Of a stretch of DNA of 41,491 bases, positions 1 to 9,828 are shown piece after piece (within the stretch, counting starts at the first letter, position 1; each line of letters begins with the position of its first letter). Source of the stretch: Prevotella sp. (GTDB lineage Bacteria; Bacteroidota; Bacteroidia; Bacteroidales; Bacteroidaceae); contig JAFPED010000047.1 in the NCBI GenBank assembly GCA_017423565.1, positions 1 through 41,491 of the forward strand, written 5' to 3'. Under the pieces are notes generated by a model. It made no database searches and was not told the DNA's origin. It saw nothing but the letters and a program-made list of their open reading frames with translations. Both the position numbers and the translations under genes were made by a program.

Positions 1-16
1 CACTATACAGTTTCAT
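1..16 (-). CDS. 5' end of a divergent gene running off the window (MKLYS...)
   Basis: Minus-strand ATG at 16, 5 nt after a TAACTTTG element (29-22); only 5 codons visible. Confidence 0.35.
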
Positions 17-21
17 GGGGT

Positions 22-29
22 CAAAGTTA
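22..29 (-). promoter_or_regulatory. Bacteroidota -7 promoter element (TAACTTTG)
   Basis: Matches TAnnTTTG on the minus strand just upstream of an ATG. Confidence 0.5.
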
Positions 30-169
30 CGAAAGAATTTTTAATCTTGCAAATTCTCCCTTCGTTTTTTACTTGGGTATGACGAAATATCCACTGCCTG
101 TTTCATCATCAGACATATAAGAAAAGTGAAAAAACAAGACGTAAATGACCTTAACACGAAAAAAATGTC

Positions 170-177
170 TATATTTG
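170..177 (+). promoter_or_regulatory. Bacteroidota -7 promoter element (TATATTTG)
   Basis: TAnnTTTG 38 nt upstream of ATG 216. Confidence 0.55.
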
Positions 178-215
178 CAAACTCAACGATACAATAAAAG
201 AAATTGTTTGCGCAT

Positions 216-671
216 ATGAAAACTACATTACTATACCTGATAATGTTAGTGATGCTGACAGGCTGTAACCTGCTGAAGAAGGGAAACCCAGCCGGCGACA
301 TGCTGCAAAAGGCTCGAACAGAGTATGAGTCAGGACGTTACGATGAAGCGCTAAACACCATAGAGCAGCTACGCCACGAATATCCTGAAGCCATAGAGGA
401 AAGGCGTGAGGCCCTGAAACTATTTCAGGAAGCATCTCTGAAACAGGCACAAGAGGACTTGGCACGTACGGACACTCTGCTGGAGTCGGCAAAGAAGCGC
501 TACGACATGCTGCAACATGAGCTATTGACAGGTCAATGGCTGAAAGGTGACATACAGAAGAAACAGCAGGAGATGACAGAGGCACGGCGTTTACGTGACT
601 CGCTCCAAGTACGTTTTGACACGCAGTGTGCCAAGATACGCTACATCCACCGAAAGCAGAAAGAAGAGTAA
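216..671 (+). CDS. Lipoprotein, TPR-like/coiled-coil hypothetical protein
   Basis: MKTTLLYLIMLVMLTGC lipobox; helical YDEALNTIEQLRHEYP segment; ATG 216 preferred over TTG 204. Confidence 0.75.
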   Translation: MKTTLLYLIMLVMLTGCNLLKKGNPAGDMLQKARTEYESGRYDEALNTIEQLRHEYPEAIEERREALKLFQEASLKQAQEDLARTDTLLESAKKRYDMLQHELLTGQWLKGDIQKKQQEMTEARRLRDSLQVRFDTQCAKIRYIHRKQKEE

Positions 672-698
672 TCTTTTGGTTAATTCAATAGAAATACT

Positions 699-706
699 TA
701 ATTTTG
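699..706 (+). promoter_or_regulatory. -7 promoter element (TAATTTTG)
   Basis: TAnnTTTG 9 nt before ATG 716. Confidence 0.5.
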
Positions 707-715
707 CACCCGAAA

Positions 716-1267
716 ATGGATAAGTTTGAACAAACAAACGTTGAATTTGAACAGGCTGTAGCCGAGTGTAGAGCGCTGTTTCAGAAGAAACTGCACGACT
801 ATGGTGCGTCGTGGCGAATACTACGTCCGACAGCACTGACCGACCAGCTATTTATCAAAGCCAAACGCATACGTTCGCTGGAAATCAAGCAGGAGTCGCT
901 GGTGGGCGAAGGCATACGTCCTGAGTTCATCGCACTTATAAACTATGGTATCGTAGGACTGATACAGCTAAGCCGTGGATTCAGCGACACGGTAGATGTC
1001 AGCAACGACGAAGCCATGGTGCTTTACGACAAATATGCCCACGAGGCACTGGAACTGATGAAGCGTAAGAACCACGACTACGACGAGGCGTGGCGCAGCA
1101 TGCGTGTAAGCAGCTACACAGACCTCATACTGACAAAAATCCAGCGCATCAAGGAGATAGAAGACTTACAGGGACAGACGCTCGTGAGCGAAGGCATAGA
1201 TGCCAACTACATGGACATCATTAATTATGCCGTCTTTGGGCTCATCAAGCTGAAGGTAGAGAAATAA
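716..1267 (+). CDS. DUF1599 domain-containing protein (two repeats)
   Basis: Duplicated KKLHDYG..W / KRKNHDYD.AW and LINY / IINY motifs typical of DUF1599. Confidence 0.8.
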   Translation: MDKFEQTNVEFEQAVAECRALFQKKLHDYGASWRILRPTALTDQLFIKAKRIRSLEIKQESLVGEGIRPEFIALINYGIVGLIQLSRGFSDTVDVSNDEAMVLYDKYAHEALELMKRKNHDYDEAWRSMRVSSYTDLILTKIQRIKEIEDLQGQTLVSEGIDANYMDIINYAVFGLIKLKVEK

Positions 1268-1270
1268 GCA

Positions 1271-3325
1271 ATGAGGAAAGTTCTCGTAAACAGCTGTCGT
1301 CTGGTGTTGGCAGTGACGTTCATCCTCTCAGGATTCGTCAAGGCTGTCGATCCCTTAGGCACTCAGTATAAGCTGAACGACTATCTGGAAGCCATGCACC
1401 TGGATGCAATGGTGCCAGACCTTGCCACACTTGCAGGTTCGGTGCTGTTGGCAGCCATGGAGTTCTGCCTGGGAGTGTTCCTCCTATTTGCCATACACCG
1501 TAGGTTAGTGTCGCGCCTGCTGGTGCTCGTGATGGGCATTATGACGGCACTGACTGTGTGGATTTACATTGCCGACCCTGTGAGCGACTGTGGGTGCTTC
1601 GGCGATGCTATAGTGTTGACCAACGGCCAGACACTGCTGAAGAACATCATATTGCTGGCAGCTGCCATTGTGGTGGCACTATGGCCACTCGACATGATGA
1701 GGTTCATCTCAAAGACCAATCAGTGGATAGTCATCAACTACACGGCAGTGTTCATTCTCATCATCGAGGGCTATGCCTTGTATGACCTGCCACAGTTCGA
1801 CTTCCGCCCTTATCACGTGGGAGCGAACATCATGAAAGGAATGGAGATTCCTGAGGGTGCTGAGCAGCCTGAGTTTGAAACGACGTTCATCATGGAGAAG
1901 AATGGTGAGAGGCGTGAGTTTGGACTTGACAACTACCCAGACTCTACGTGGACATACATTGACACGAAAACCATACAGACCAAGCAAGGCTATGTGCCTC
2001 CTATCCATGACTTCAGCATGACCTCACTCGACGGCGAGGACCTGACAGAAGAAATACTGACCAACCAGGGGTACACCTTCCTGCTCGTTTCACCACATCT
2101 GGAAGATGCCGACGACTCACAGCTCGACCTCATCAACCAGGTGTATGAATATGCCGAAGACAACGGATACCCGTTCTACTGCCTGACGGCAAGCGGCGAG
2201 CAAGGCATCAACCGCTGGCGTGACATCACAGGGGCTGAATATCCTTATTGCCTCACAGACGAGACCACGCTGAAAACTGTCATACGCAGCAACCCTGGCA
2301 TGCTTCTGCTGAAGGACGGCACCATCATCCGCAAGTGGAGCCACAACCGACTGCCAGACGAATATGCACTGGACAAACCACTGGAGCAGTCAGAACTGGG
2401 CCAGATGCCAGAAGACTCCGTTCCGAAGAAGATCATTACCATATTATTATGGTATGTGCTTCCACTGCTGATGCTCACCATTGCCGACCGTCTGTGGGCA
2501 TGGAGTCGAAGGACGAAGAATAATGATAAGTCAAACAACGTACATAACATATTAAAACGTAAAAACATGAGAAAGAAAATTGTTGCAGGCAACTGGAAAA
2601 TGAACATGAACCTGCAAGACGGTATCGCTCTGGCAAAGGAGCTGAACGAGACACTCAAGGCTGAAAAGCCCAATTGCGGTGTGGTCATCTGCACACCATT
2701 CATCCACCTGGCAAGTATTGCACAGTTCCTCGACCAGGACATCATCGGACTGGGTGCAGAGAACTGCGCCGATAAGGAAAAAGGTGCCTTCACTGGTGAG
2801 GTAAGTGCTGAAATGGTGAAGTCGACTGGTGCACAGTATGTCATACTGGGTCACAGCGAGCGTCGCGAGTACTACAAGGAGACTCCAGAGATACTGAAGG
2901 AGAAGGTGCTGCTGGCACAGAAGAACGACCTGAAAGTTATCTTCTGCATCGGCGAGAGCCTGGAAGAGCGTGAAGCAGGCAAGCAGAACGAGGTAGTAAA
3001 GGCAGAGCTCGAGGGTTCTGTATTCAATCTCCCTGAAGAAGACTTCCGTAAGATTGTCATCGCCTATGAGCCAATTTGGGCCATTGGTACTGGCAAGACC
3101 GCTACAGCCGAGCAGGCAGAAGAGATTCATGCCTACATCCGTAGCATCATTGCAGAGAAGTATGGTCAGGCAGTAGCCGACGACACTACCATCCTGTATG
3201 GTGGCTCATGCAAGGCATCAAACGCACCTGAGCTGTTTGCCAAGCCTGACATCGACGGTGGACTCATTGGTGGTGCCAGCCTGAAAGCTGCAGACTTCAA
3301 GGGAATCATCGACGCTTGGAAATAA
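1271..3325 (+). CDS. tpiA: Fusion of DoxX/MauE-like membrane protein (BT_3928-like, with thioredoxin-like extracytoplasmic domain) and triosephosphate isomerase
   Basis: N-part: several TM helices, [15 protein letters not shown]-part from Met433: [36 protein letters not shown]. No in-frame stop between the two. Confidence 0.85.
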   Translation: MRKVLVNSCRLVLAVTFILSGFVKAVDPLGTQYKLNDYLEAMHLDAMVPDLATLAGSVLLAAMEFCLGVFLLFAIHRRLVSRLLVLVMGIMTALTVWIYIADPVSDCGCFGDAIVLTNGQTLLKNIILLAAAIVVALWPLDMMRFISKTNQWIVINYTAVFILIIEGYALYDLPQFDFRPYHVGANIMKGMEIPEGAEQPEFETTFIMEKNGERREFGLDNYPDSTWTYIDTKTIQTKQGYVPPIHDFSMTSLDGEDLTEEILTNQGYTFLLVSPHLEDADDSQLDLINQVYEYAEDNGYPFYCLTASGEQGINRWRDITGAEYPYCLTDETTLKTVIRSNPGMLLLKDGTIIRKWSHNRLPDEYALDKPLEQSELGQMPEDSVPKKIITILLWYVLPLLMLTIADRLWAWSRRTKNNDKSNNVHNILKRKNMRKKIVAGNWKMNMNLQDGIALAKELNETLKAEKPNCGVVICTPFIHLASIAQFLDQDIIGLGAENCADKEKGAFTGEVSAEMVKSTGAQYVILGHSERREYYKETPEILKEKVLLAQKNDLKVIFCIGESLEEREAGKQNEVVKAELEGSVFNLPEEDFRKIVIAYEPIWAIGTGKTATAEQAEEIHAYIRSIIAEKYGQAVADDTTILYGGSCKASNAPELFAKPDIDGGLIGGASLKAADFKGIIDAWK
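2567..3325 (+). CDS. tpiA: Possible stand-alone TPI from internal start ([11 protein letters not shown])
   Basis: In-frame ATG preceded by an A-rich, intergenic-like tract (attaaaacgtaaaaacATG); complete 252-aa TPI. Confidence 0.5.
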   Translation: MRKKIVAGNWKMNMNLQDGIALAKELNETLKAEKPNCGVVICTPFIHLASIAQFLDQDIIGLGAENCADKEKGAFTGEVSAEMVKSTGAQYVILGHSERREYYKETPEILKEKVLLAQKNDLKVIFCIGESLEEREAGKQNEVVKAELEGSVFNLPEEDFRKIVIAYEPIWAIGTGKTATAEQAEEIHAYIRSIIAEKYGQAVADDTTILYGGSCKASNAPELFAKPDIDGGLIGGASLKAADFKGIIDAWK

Positions 3326-3354
3326 GAAGCAGCAATCTGTAAATAACAAACAAT

Positions 3355-3456
3355 AATGACAAATGACAATTGGTAAGAAGACTATGCATGAGAAAAAAAG
3401 TATTCTGAGTAAGAGAAAATGGTGGATGGTAAGTTTATCATTTGTCATTTGTCATT
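3355..3456. repeat. 15-bp inverted repeat built from heptamers (aatgacaaatgacaa / ttgtcatttgtcatt)
   Basis: 3355-3369 is the exact reverse complement of 3442-3456. Confidence 0.75.
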
Positions 3457-3989
3457 TTTCAATGAGCACTACCAGTGCACAAACTTTCCTCGACAGAATA
3501 CAAAAGCCCGTCGAAGGACAAGGAAAAATTACCATACACCAGGATTCGAGCATTAACGAACTGGTAATCAACCCACAAAGCACGGTAAAGCCCGAGGACC
3601 GAAGACCCAACGGCAACAGCCACCCCACCCCTGCCAGAACGCCACAAGCTACGGCACCACGTGACACCACAACGACAACATCAACGCCTGCCACCACGAC
3701 GCCACCACAGGCATCGCCACGCAACAGGCGTGTGGTCAACGGATTTCGCATACAGGCTTACGCAGGAGGCAACAGCCGCGAAGACAGAAAGAGAGCAGAG
3801 CGCACTGCCAACAGCATACGTACACAATTCCCCAACGTTGCCGTTTCTGCCCACTTCTACCCTCCGCGATGGATATGCTATGTTGGCAATTACCGTACTC
3901 GTGACGAAGCAGAACATATGCTCCGTACACTGAAACATGCAGGATATAGCCAAGCACTGATTGTTAAAGCGAAGGTTATTGTACACTAA
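3363..3989 (+). CDS. SPOR domain-containing protein
   Basis: Signal-like N-terminus, Thr/Pro linker, C-terminal GFRIQAY...[14 protein letters not shown] motif; start codon uncertain. Confidence 0.8.
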   Translation: MTIGKKTMHEKKSILSKRKWWMVSLSFVICHFSMSTTSAQTFLDRIQKPVEGQGKITIHQDSSINELVINPQSTVKPEDRRPNGNSHPTPARTPQATAPRDTTTTTSTPATTTPPQASPRNRRVVNGFRIQAYAGGNSREDRKRAERTANSIRTQFPNVAVSAHFYPPRWICYVGNYRTRDEAEHMLRTLKHAGYSQALIVKAKVIVH

Positions 3990-4011
3990 ACCCCACAAAA
4001 AACAAGACATC

Positions 4012-4620
4012 ATGAAATTAGAAGCTGATGCACAACTGACAGACAACCTCTCCACCCGCGAAGGACTGGACGAACTGGCACTACACTACCAAGACATCCT
4101 TCGACTACTGGGAGAAGACCCCACACGTGAAGGACTGCTGAAGACACCCATGCGAGTAGCCAAAGCCATGCAAGTACTGACACGCGGCTATGACATGGAT
4201 GCACATAAAGTACTGACTGACGCGCTGTTTAAGGAAGACTATTCACAAATGGTCATTGTCAAGGACATCGCCTTCTTCTCATTATGCGAACACCACATGC
4301 TGCCCTTCTACGGAAAGGTGCATGTGGCCTATATTCCCAACGGATATATCACTGGCCTGAGCAAGATAGCACGCGTGGTTGACATTTTCTCGCACCGGCT
4401 ACAAGTACAGGAACGCATGACACTCCAGATTAAGGAATGTATCCAACAGACACTCCACCCTCTCGGCGTGATGGTTGTCGTTGAAGCACGACACATGTGC
4501 ATGCAGATGAGAGGTGTAGAGAAACAAAACTCCATTACTACGACAAGTGACTTTAGCGGTGCCTTCAACCAGGCTAAAACACGACAGGAATTCATGAATC
4601 TGATACACAATAAATCCTAA
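4012..4620 (+). CDS. folE: GTP cyclohydrolase I
   Basis: [43 protein letters not shown] motifs; ATG 4012. Confidence 0.95.
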   Translation: MKLEADAQLTDNLSTREGLDELALHYQDILRLLGEDPTREGLLKTPMRVAKAMQVLTRGYDMDAHKVLTDALFKEDYSQMVIVKDIAFFSLCEHHMLPFYGKVHVAYIPNGYITGLSKIARVVDIFSHRLQVQERMTLQIKECIQQTLHPLGVMVVVEARHMCMQMRGVEKQNSITTTSDFSGAFNQAKTRQEFMNLIHNKS

Positions 4621-4632
4621 AATTACATCATT

Positions 4633-5202
4633 ATGAACCAACCAGACAGAGGAACTTACAAAAGCAAAGGAAACGTAGGACAAATGTTCTACAACAGTTG
4701 TTTAGGAAAATTTATCATTGCACTTGCCGTTCTCGGCCTATTATGCATTGCGGCATTCTTAACCGTACCGTCTGAAGAGAAAATGAGACTCGAGATATCC
4801 GACGACATTCGACAGTGCATACAAGACAACGACAGTATTCAGGGCGATCAGCTCGACGATGCAGTAGGCAACATGGCACGTTTCTTTACCAGGGCAGACA
4901 CCACAGCCAACGACAAAGAACTCATGGATGCCTTCCATAAATACAACAAACTGGAAATATACCGACACTCGCTATTTGCAACAGCCTACGTCCATAACAA
5001 TTTCCGCCCTGAGGGCACACGCGTAGGCATTGGCATTCTGGGTATGGTATTCCCAACCGTCAATTTCAATGACTTCCTGCTACGTGTTGCTCCTATACAC
5101 CGTGATTATGGGGATGGTGTCATTCGAAGCACCATCAATTATGGCAGCGACTATATGGGTGAAGATCCAAACATTACACCCTATAAGGGTCCGGCAGAAT
5201 AG
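4633..5202 (+). CDS. Hypothetical membrane-anchored protein
   Basis: 189-aa ORF with one N-terminal hydrophobic helix, co-oriented with folE. Confidence 0.7.
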   Translation: MNQPDRGTYKSKGNVGQMFYNSCLGKFIIALAVLGLLCIAAFLTVPSEEKMRLEISDDIRQCIQDNDSIQGDQLDDAVGNMARFFTRADTTANDKELMDAFHKYNKLEIYRHSLFATAYVHNNFRPEGTRVGIGILGMVFPTVNFNDFLLRVAPIHRDYGDGVIRSTINYGSDYMGEDPNITPYKGPAE

Positions 5203-5229
5203 CATAAAGGAAAGAAAAATGCAAATAAA

Positions 5230-5261
5230 TTTGGTAATTTCAAAAAATCGTAGTACCTTTG
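5230..5261 (+). promoter_or_regulatory. Sigma-A promoter for tRNA-Lys (TTTG-N20-TACCTTTG)
   Basis: Both -33 and -7 consensus elements with 20-nt spacing. Confidence 0.8.
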
Positions 5262-5296
5262 CAGCCGATTTCTGAAGAAATCACCAAAAACAGGTC

Positions 5297-5369
5297 GATC
5301 CGCTAGCTCAGTTGGTAGAGCACAACACTTTTAATGTTGGGGTCTTGGGTTCGAGCCCCAAGCGGATCA
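5297..5369 (+). tRNA. tRNA-Lys (anticodon TTT)
   Basis: Acceptor GATCCGC/GCGGATC, D arm GCTC/GAGC, anticodon stem CAACA/TGTTG with TTT at 5330-5332, T arm TTGGG-TTCGAGC-CCCAA; CCA not encoded. Confidence 0.96.
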
Positions 5370-5374
5370 CTTCA

Positions 5375-5407
5375 ACGAGGATGCGACAGCATCCTCGTCT
5401 TTGTTTT
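5375..5407 (+). terminator. Intrinsic terminator after tRNA-Lys
   Basis: acgaggatgc-gaca-gcatcctcgt 10-bp stem followed by ctttgtttt. Confidence 0.8.
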
Positions 5408-5431
5408 CCGTTGGCGCATCTCACCCAAGGG

Positions 5432-5454
5432 TGTTACATGTTACACATGTTACA
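5432..5454. repeat. TGTTACA x3 direct repeat
   Basis: Copies at 5432, 5439 and 5448. Confidence 0.7.
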
Positions 5455-5504
5455 CTTTATAGTAAGAGAGGGACTAATAGACGTGCAATTTTTCTGCAAA
5501 ACCC

Positions 5505-5535
5505 TTCGCTGTTTCAAGAAAAATGATTACCTTTG
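5505..5535 (+). promoter_or_regulatory. Promoter of the PKS/FAS cluster (TTCG-N19-TACCTTTG)
   Basis: Perfect -7 element at 5528-5535, 32 nt before ATG 5568. Confidence 0.65.
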
Positions 5536-5567
5536 CAAATTATAATAGTTATAAAATAACAAGGACA

Positions 5568-6299
5568 ATGAAATACGCATTAGTAACGGGAGCCTCACGT
5601 GGAATTGGAAAGGCAATAGCCCTCCGTCTGGCACAGGCAGGCTTTCCTGTCATACTGAATTACCTGAGCAATCATGACGCTGCACAACAGGTGGCAGAAG
5701 AAATCAGACAAAACGGCGGAACAGCAGAGCTGCTGCCGTTCGACACATCGGACGGACAGGCCATAGAACAGGCTCTGAGCAGCTGGGAGGCTGCCCATCC
5801 CAACGACTTCATCTACGTACTGGTCAACAATGCCGGTATCCGACGTGACAACGTACTGTTCATGATGTCGGAAGATGAATGGAAAAGCGTGCTGGACACT
5901 TCGCTGAACGGCTTTTTCTACATCACTCGCCAACTGCTGAAACACATGATGCCCAGGAAACATGGTGGAAGAATCATCAATATTGCCTCGCTCTCAGGCG
6001 TAAAAGGCATGGCTGGACAAACAAACTACAGTGCTGCAAAGGCTGCATTGATAGGTGCGACGAAGGCTCTGGCACTTGAAGTGGCTCCAAGAAGTGTTAC
6101 GGTAAACGCAGTAGCGCCAGGTTTCATCGAGACCGACATGACGAAGGACCTGCCTCAGGACGATTTAAAGAAGCTTGTGCCATGCGGTCGTTTCGGCAAA
6201 CCTGAAGAGGTAGCAGCCCTGGTAGGGTTCCTGGCCTCAGAAGAGGCAGCATACATTACTGGTGAGGTAATCAACATTAATGGAGGATTGCACACTTAA
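5568..6299 (+). CDS. fabG: 3-oxoacyl-ACP reductase (cluster KR)
   Basis: TGASRGIG, NNAG, YSAAK, PGFIETDM SDR motifs; ATG 5568. Confidence 0.92.
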   Translation: MKYALVTGASRGIGKAIALRLAQAGFPVILNYLSNHDAAQQVAEEIRQNGGTAELLPFDTSDGQAIEQALSSWEAAHPNDFIYVLVNNAGIRRDNVLFMMSEDEWKSVLDTSLNGFFYITRQLLKHMMPRKHGGRIINIASLSGVKGMAGQTNYSAAKAALIGATKALALEVAPRSVTVNAVAPGFIETDMTKDLPQDDLKKLVPCGRFGKPEEVAALVGFLASEEAAYITGEVININGGLHT

Positions 6300-6327
6300 G
6301 ATTAAGAACAAAAACTAAGAATTACCA

Positions 6328-7557
6328 TTGAGAAGAGTTGTTATCACCGGCATGGGAATATGGTCGTGCCTGGGAACTGATATTGAAGCGGTAAAAGAAT
6401 CGCTATACAACGGGAAATCAGGCATCGGACTGCAACCCGAGCGATTGGAATATGGCTATCGGTCTGGGCTGACAGGCATCGTGGAGAGCCCAGTCATCAC
6501 AAAGCAGATGGTGGACCGCCATACGCGTACAGGCATGTCGGAAGAGGCACAATATGCCTATATGGCCAGTCGTCAGGCATTTGCCGACGCACAGATGGAC
6601 GAGGCTTACTTAAAGACCCACGAGGTAGGTTGCATCTTCGGCAACGACTCGTCTGCTAAACCTGTTATCGAGGCATCGAAAATCATGGACGAGAAGCACG
6701 ACTCAGCAATGCTGGGCTATGGTTTCATCTTCCAAGCAATGAACTCGACAGTCAACATGAACCTGAGTACGATATTCCACCTGCGTGGTGCGAATTTCAC
6801 AGTGAGTGCAGCCTGTGCCAGTGGCAGTCACTCCATAGGCCTGGCCTATATGCTTATCCGACAAGGTCTGCAGGACATCGTACTGTGTGGAGGTGCCCAG
6901 GAGACGAATTACTACTCTATGGCATCGTTTGATGCTTTAGGAGCATTCTCTGTGCGCATGGACGAGCCGACAAAAGCAAGCCGTCCCTTCGACCGTGACC
7001 GCGACGGACTGATACCCAGCGGTGGTGCTGCTGCATTAATACTGGAAGACTACGACCATGCCCTGGCACGTGGAGCCCACATTCTGGCCGAAGTGACTGG
7101 TTATGGATTCTCCAGTAATGGTGGTGGCATATCGGAACCAAGTGACGAGGGAAGTGTGATTGCTATGACAAGGGCACTTCAGGATGCCGGCATCAGCGTA
7201 GATGACATTGACTACATCAATGCCCACGCCACTTCGACACACCAAGGCGACATGTACGAGGCCATTGCGCTTAACCGAATGTTCAACGGGAAACGAGCGC
7301 TCATCAGCAGCACCAAGTCGATGACTGGCCATGAGTGCTGGATGGCAGGTGCCTCGGAAATCGTCTATAGCCTCATCATGATGCAGAATAACTTCGTAGC
7401 GCCGAACATCAATCTGGAAAATCCTGACGAGTACTCTGAGAAGCTGAATCTGACGGCAAAGACTGTGGACATGGAGGTGAACACGGTGCTGAGCAACTCG
7501 TTTGGCTTTGGTGGCACGAACAGTGCACTGGTGATACGTAAAATAAGTGAGAAGTAA
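6328..7557 (+). CDS. Beta-ketoacyl-ACP synthase (FabB/FabF type)
   Basis: SAACASG catalytic Cys, NAHATST, KSMTGH, SNSFGFGG; TTG start. Confidence 0.92.
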   Translation: MRRVVITGMGIWSCLGTDIEAVKESLYNGKSGIGLQPERLEYGYRSGLTGIVESPVITKQMVDRHTRTGMSEEAQYAYMASRQAFADAQMDEAYLKTHEVGCIFGNDSSAKPVIEASKIMDEKHDSAMLGYGFIFQAMNSTVNMNLSTIFHLRGANFTVSAACASGSHSIGLAYMLIRQGLQDIVLCGGAQETNYYSMASFDALGAFSVRMDEPTKASRPFDRDRDGLIPSGGAAALILEDYDHALARGAHILAEVTGYGFSSNGGGISEPSDEGSVIAMTRALQDAGISVDDIDYINAHATSTHQGDMYEAIALNRMFNGKRALISSTKSMTGHECWMAGASEIVYSLIMMQNNFVAPNINLENPDEYSEKLNLTAKTVDMEVNTVLSNSFGFGGTNSALVIRKISEK

Positions 7558-7564
7558 AAAGCCC

Positions 7565-8680
7565 ATGAACCTATCTGCTGCATTAGAGAAGAAACTAACA
7601 GAAGAACAACTGTCGGCACGCGAGGCACAGCACATGGCTGAGTTTATTGCATGGGGGCCGGTAGTATTTCAAGTGTCACGACTAATGGTCAAGTTTGGTA
7701 TTCTCGACCTCATTCGTGACTCCAAAGACGGTATGACCCGCGAGGAGTTGTGCCAGCAGACAGGCTTGAGCGACTATGCCATGAAGTGTCTGACGGAGGC
7801 ATCGCTTTGTATCGGCACGCTACTCGTTGACGTGAATACCAACCGATTCACATTGTCAAAAACGGGATGGTTTCTGCTGAACGACCCTGCTACTCGCGTC
7901 AATATAGACTTCAACCATGACGTGAACTACGAGGGAATGTTTCACTTGGAAGAGGCATTAAAGAACGGATGCCCAGAAGGTCTGAAACATTTTGGCAACT
8001 GGACAACCATCTACGAAGGTCTGTCAAGCCTGCCAGAAGAGGCACAGAAGAGCTGGTTTGCCTTCGACCACTTTTATAGTGACACCTCGTTTCCAGAAGC
8101 CCTTCGCATAGTATTCGACACTCACCACGTTCGTACGCTGTACGATGTAGGAGGCAATACCGGCAAATGGGCCTTACAGTGTGTCGGCTACGACAACGAC
8201 GTGAAAGTGACCATACTGGACTTGCCACAACAGATTGCACTGATGGAGCAAAATATTGCCGGCAAGCCTGGGGCAGAACGCATTAGCGGCTATGGCATCA
8301 ACCTGCTCAACAAGCAGATGGCATTTCCACCATTAAAAGATGGACTTGATGCCATTTGGATGAGTCAGTTCCTCGACTGTTTCAGCATGGACGAGATGAC
8401 CGACATTCTGAAACGAGCGAAAGACGTGATGACCGACCACACACGATTATTCATCATGGAGACACTTTGGGACCGTCAACGATTCCACACTGCTGCATTC
8501 TGCCTGACAATGACCAGCTTGTACTTTACGGCTATGGCAAACGGCAATTCAAAGATGTACAACACTGAAGACCTGGAGCACTGCATCACAACAGCAGGTC
8601 TGGAGATAGAACACATTTACGACCATCTGGGTCAGGGACACTCTATCCTACTCTGTAGAAAACAAAAGAAGAATACCTAA
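7565..8680 (+). CDS. SAM-dependent methyltransferase (Methyltransf_2/COMT-like fold)
   Basis: N-terminal winged-helix dimerisation region, DVGGNTG, ILDLPQ, SQFLDCF. Confidence 0.85.
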   Translation: MNLSAALEKKLTEEQLSAREAQHMAEFIAWGPVVFQVSRLMVKFGILDLIRDSKDGMTREELCQQTGLSDYAMKCLTEASLCIGTLLVDVNTNRFTLSKTGWFLLNDPATRVNIDFNHDVNYEGMFHLEEALKNGCPEGLKHFGNWTTIYEGLSSLPEEAQKSWFAFDHFYSDTSFPEALRIVFDTHHVRTLYDVGGNTGKWALQCVGYDNDVKVTILDLPQQIALMEQNIAGKPGAERISGYGINLLNKQMAFPPLKDGLDAIWMSQFLDCFSMDEMTDILKRAKDVMTDHTRLFIMETLWDRQRFHTAAFCLTMTSLYFTAMANGNSKMYNTEDLEHCITTAGLEIEHIYDHLGQGHSILLCRKQKKNT

Positions 8681-8694
8681 ATATTAAAAACAAA

Positions 8695-8937
8695 ATGACA
8701 CGAGAAGAAATTGAAGAAAAGGTAAGAGCCTTTCTAATTGACGACCTCGAGATTGATGAAGAGAAAATAACAGACGAAGCAAAGCTGAAAGAAGACTTGG
8801 GCATAGACAGTCTGGACTTCGTAGATATCGTGGTGATAGTAGAAAAGAACTTCGGCTTCAAGATCAAGCCGGAGGAGATGACGGGTGTTACTACGCTGCA
8901 CCAGTTCTGTGATTACATAGAAAGTAAAATAGGCTAA
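8695..8937 (+). CDS. Acyl carrier protein
   Basis: 80 aa, acidic, LGIDSLD phosphopantetheine site. Confidence 0.93.
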   Translation: MTREEIEEKVRAFLIDDLEIDEEKITDEAKLKEDLGIDSLDFVDIVVIVEKNFGFKIKPEEMTGVTTLHQFCDYIESKIG

Positions 8938-8946
8938 GCAAGGGGC

Positions 8947-9828
8947 ATGCCAGAAGAGAAACAGTGGGAAGGAACGACCTTCGGTAACAGTCTGATGCAT
9001 CGTTGGCTCATCAGCGTGCTACGATGGACAGACGTCAGGTTTATTTATCTGTTTGCCTACGTGTTTGTTATTCCCTTCTGCGTATTGTTCAGTCCTGGGT
9101 TCCGTCATAGCTACCGCTACTTCCGTAAGCATCAGGGAGCGACGTCTATTGGTGCATTCTTACTGGGTTACAAAAACCATTGTCTGTTTGCAGAGGCTGT
9201 CATCGACAAGTTCGCCATGTATGCAGGAAAGACGTTCACCATCAACATAGAAGGTTATGAACATTTCCTGGAACTGGCACATCAGCCAAAAGCATTCATT
9301 CAGATGAGTTCCCACGTCGGAAACTACGAGATAGCCGGTTATTCGCTAACAGCAGACAGCAAACGCTTCAACGCCTTGGTATATGGTGGTGAGAAAGCCA
9401 GTGTGATGACCAACCGCAATAAGATGTTCGAAGGGACGAACATCAGGATGATTCCCATTGGTAACGACATGACCCACCTGTTCATGATGGAGCAGGCACT
9501 GCAGAATGGGGAAATACTGAGTATGCCAGCCGATCGCATTCTCGGGTCTCAGAAGTCGATAGCCGTCAACTTCCTTGGCGAGAAAGCCAACTTCCCATTA
9601 GGACCGTTCAGCGTGGCCACCATGCATGGCTTGGATGTACTGTCAGTACATGTTATGAAAACATCGTGGACAGGATATACTATATACGTTACACCACTAA
9701 GCTATCCACGAGAGGCATCTCGCCGTGAACAGATTAGCCATCTGGCATCAGCATACGTGCAAGAGTTAGAACGAATGGTGCATCGATATCCTACACAATG
9801 GTATAACTATTTTGATTTTTGGAAATGA
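8947..9828 (+). CDS. LpxL/HtrB-like acyltransferase
   Basis: SHVGNYE, PADR, FPLGPF, YPTQWYNYFDFW motifs. Confidence 0.85.
   Translation: MPEEKQWEGTTFGNSLMHRWLISVLRWTDVRFIYLFAYVFVIPFCVLFSPGFRHSYRYFRKHQGATSIGAFLLGYKNHCLFAEAVIDKFAMYAGKTFTINIEGYEHFLELAHQPKAFIQMSSHVGNYEIAGYSLTADSKRFNALVYGGEKASVMTNRNKMFEGTNIRMIPIGNDMTHLFMMEQALQNGEILSMPADRILGSQKSIAVNFLGEKANFPLGPFSVATMHGLDVLSVHVMKTSWTGYTIYVTPLSYPREASRREQISHLASAYVQELERMVHRYPTQWYNYFDFWK

Noticed and set aside
3600-3725. ACC/ACG-rich repetitive DNA in the SPOR gene
   Set aside because: Explained by an ordinary Thr/Pro-rich linker
5312-5545. 77-aa ORF over tRNA-Lys, and the 76-aa ORF at 40975-41205 over tRNA-Pro
   Set aside because: They overlap tRNA genes, terminators and promoters; spurious
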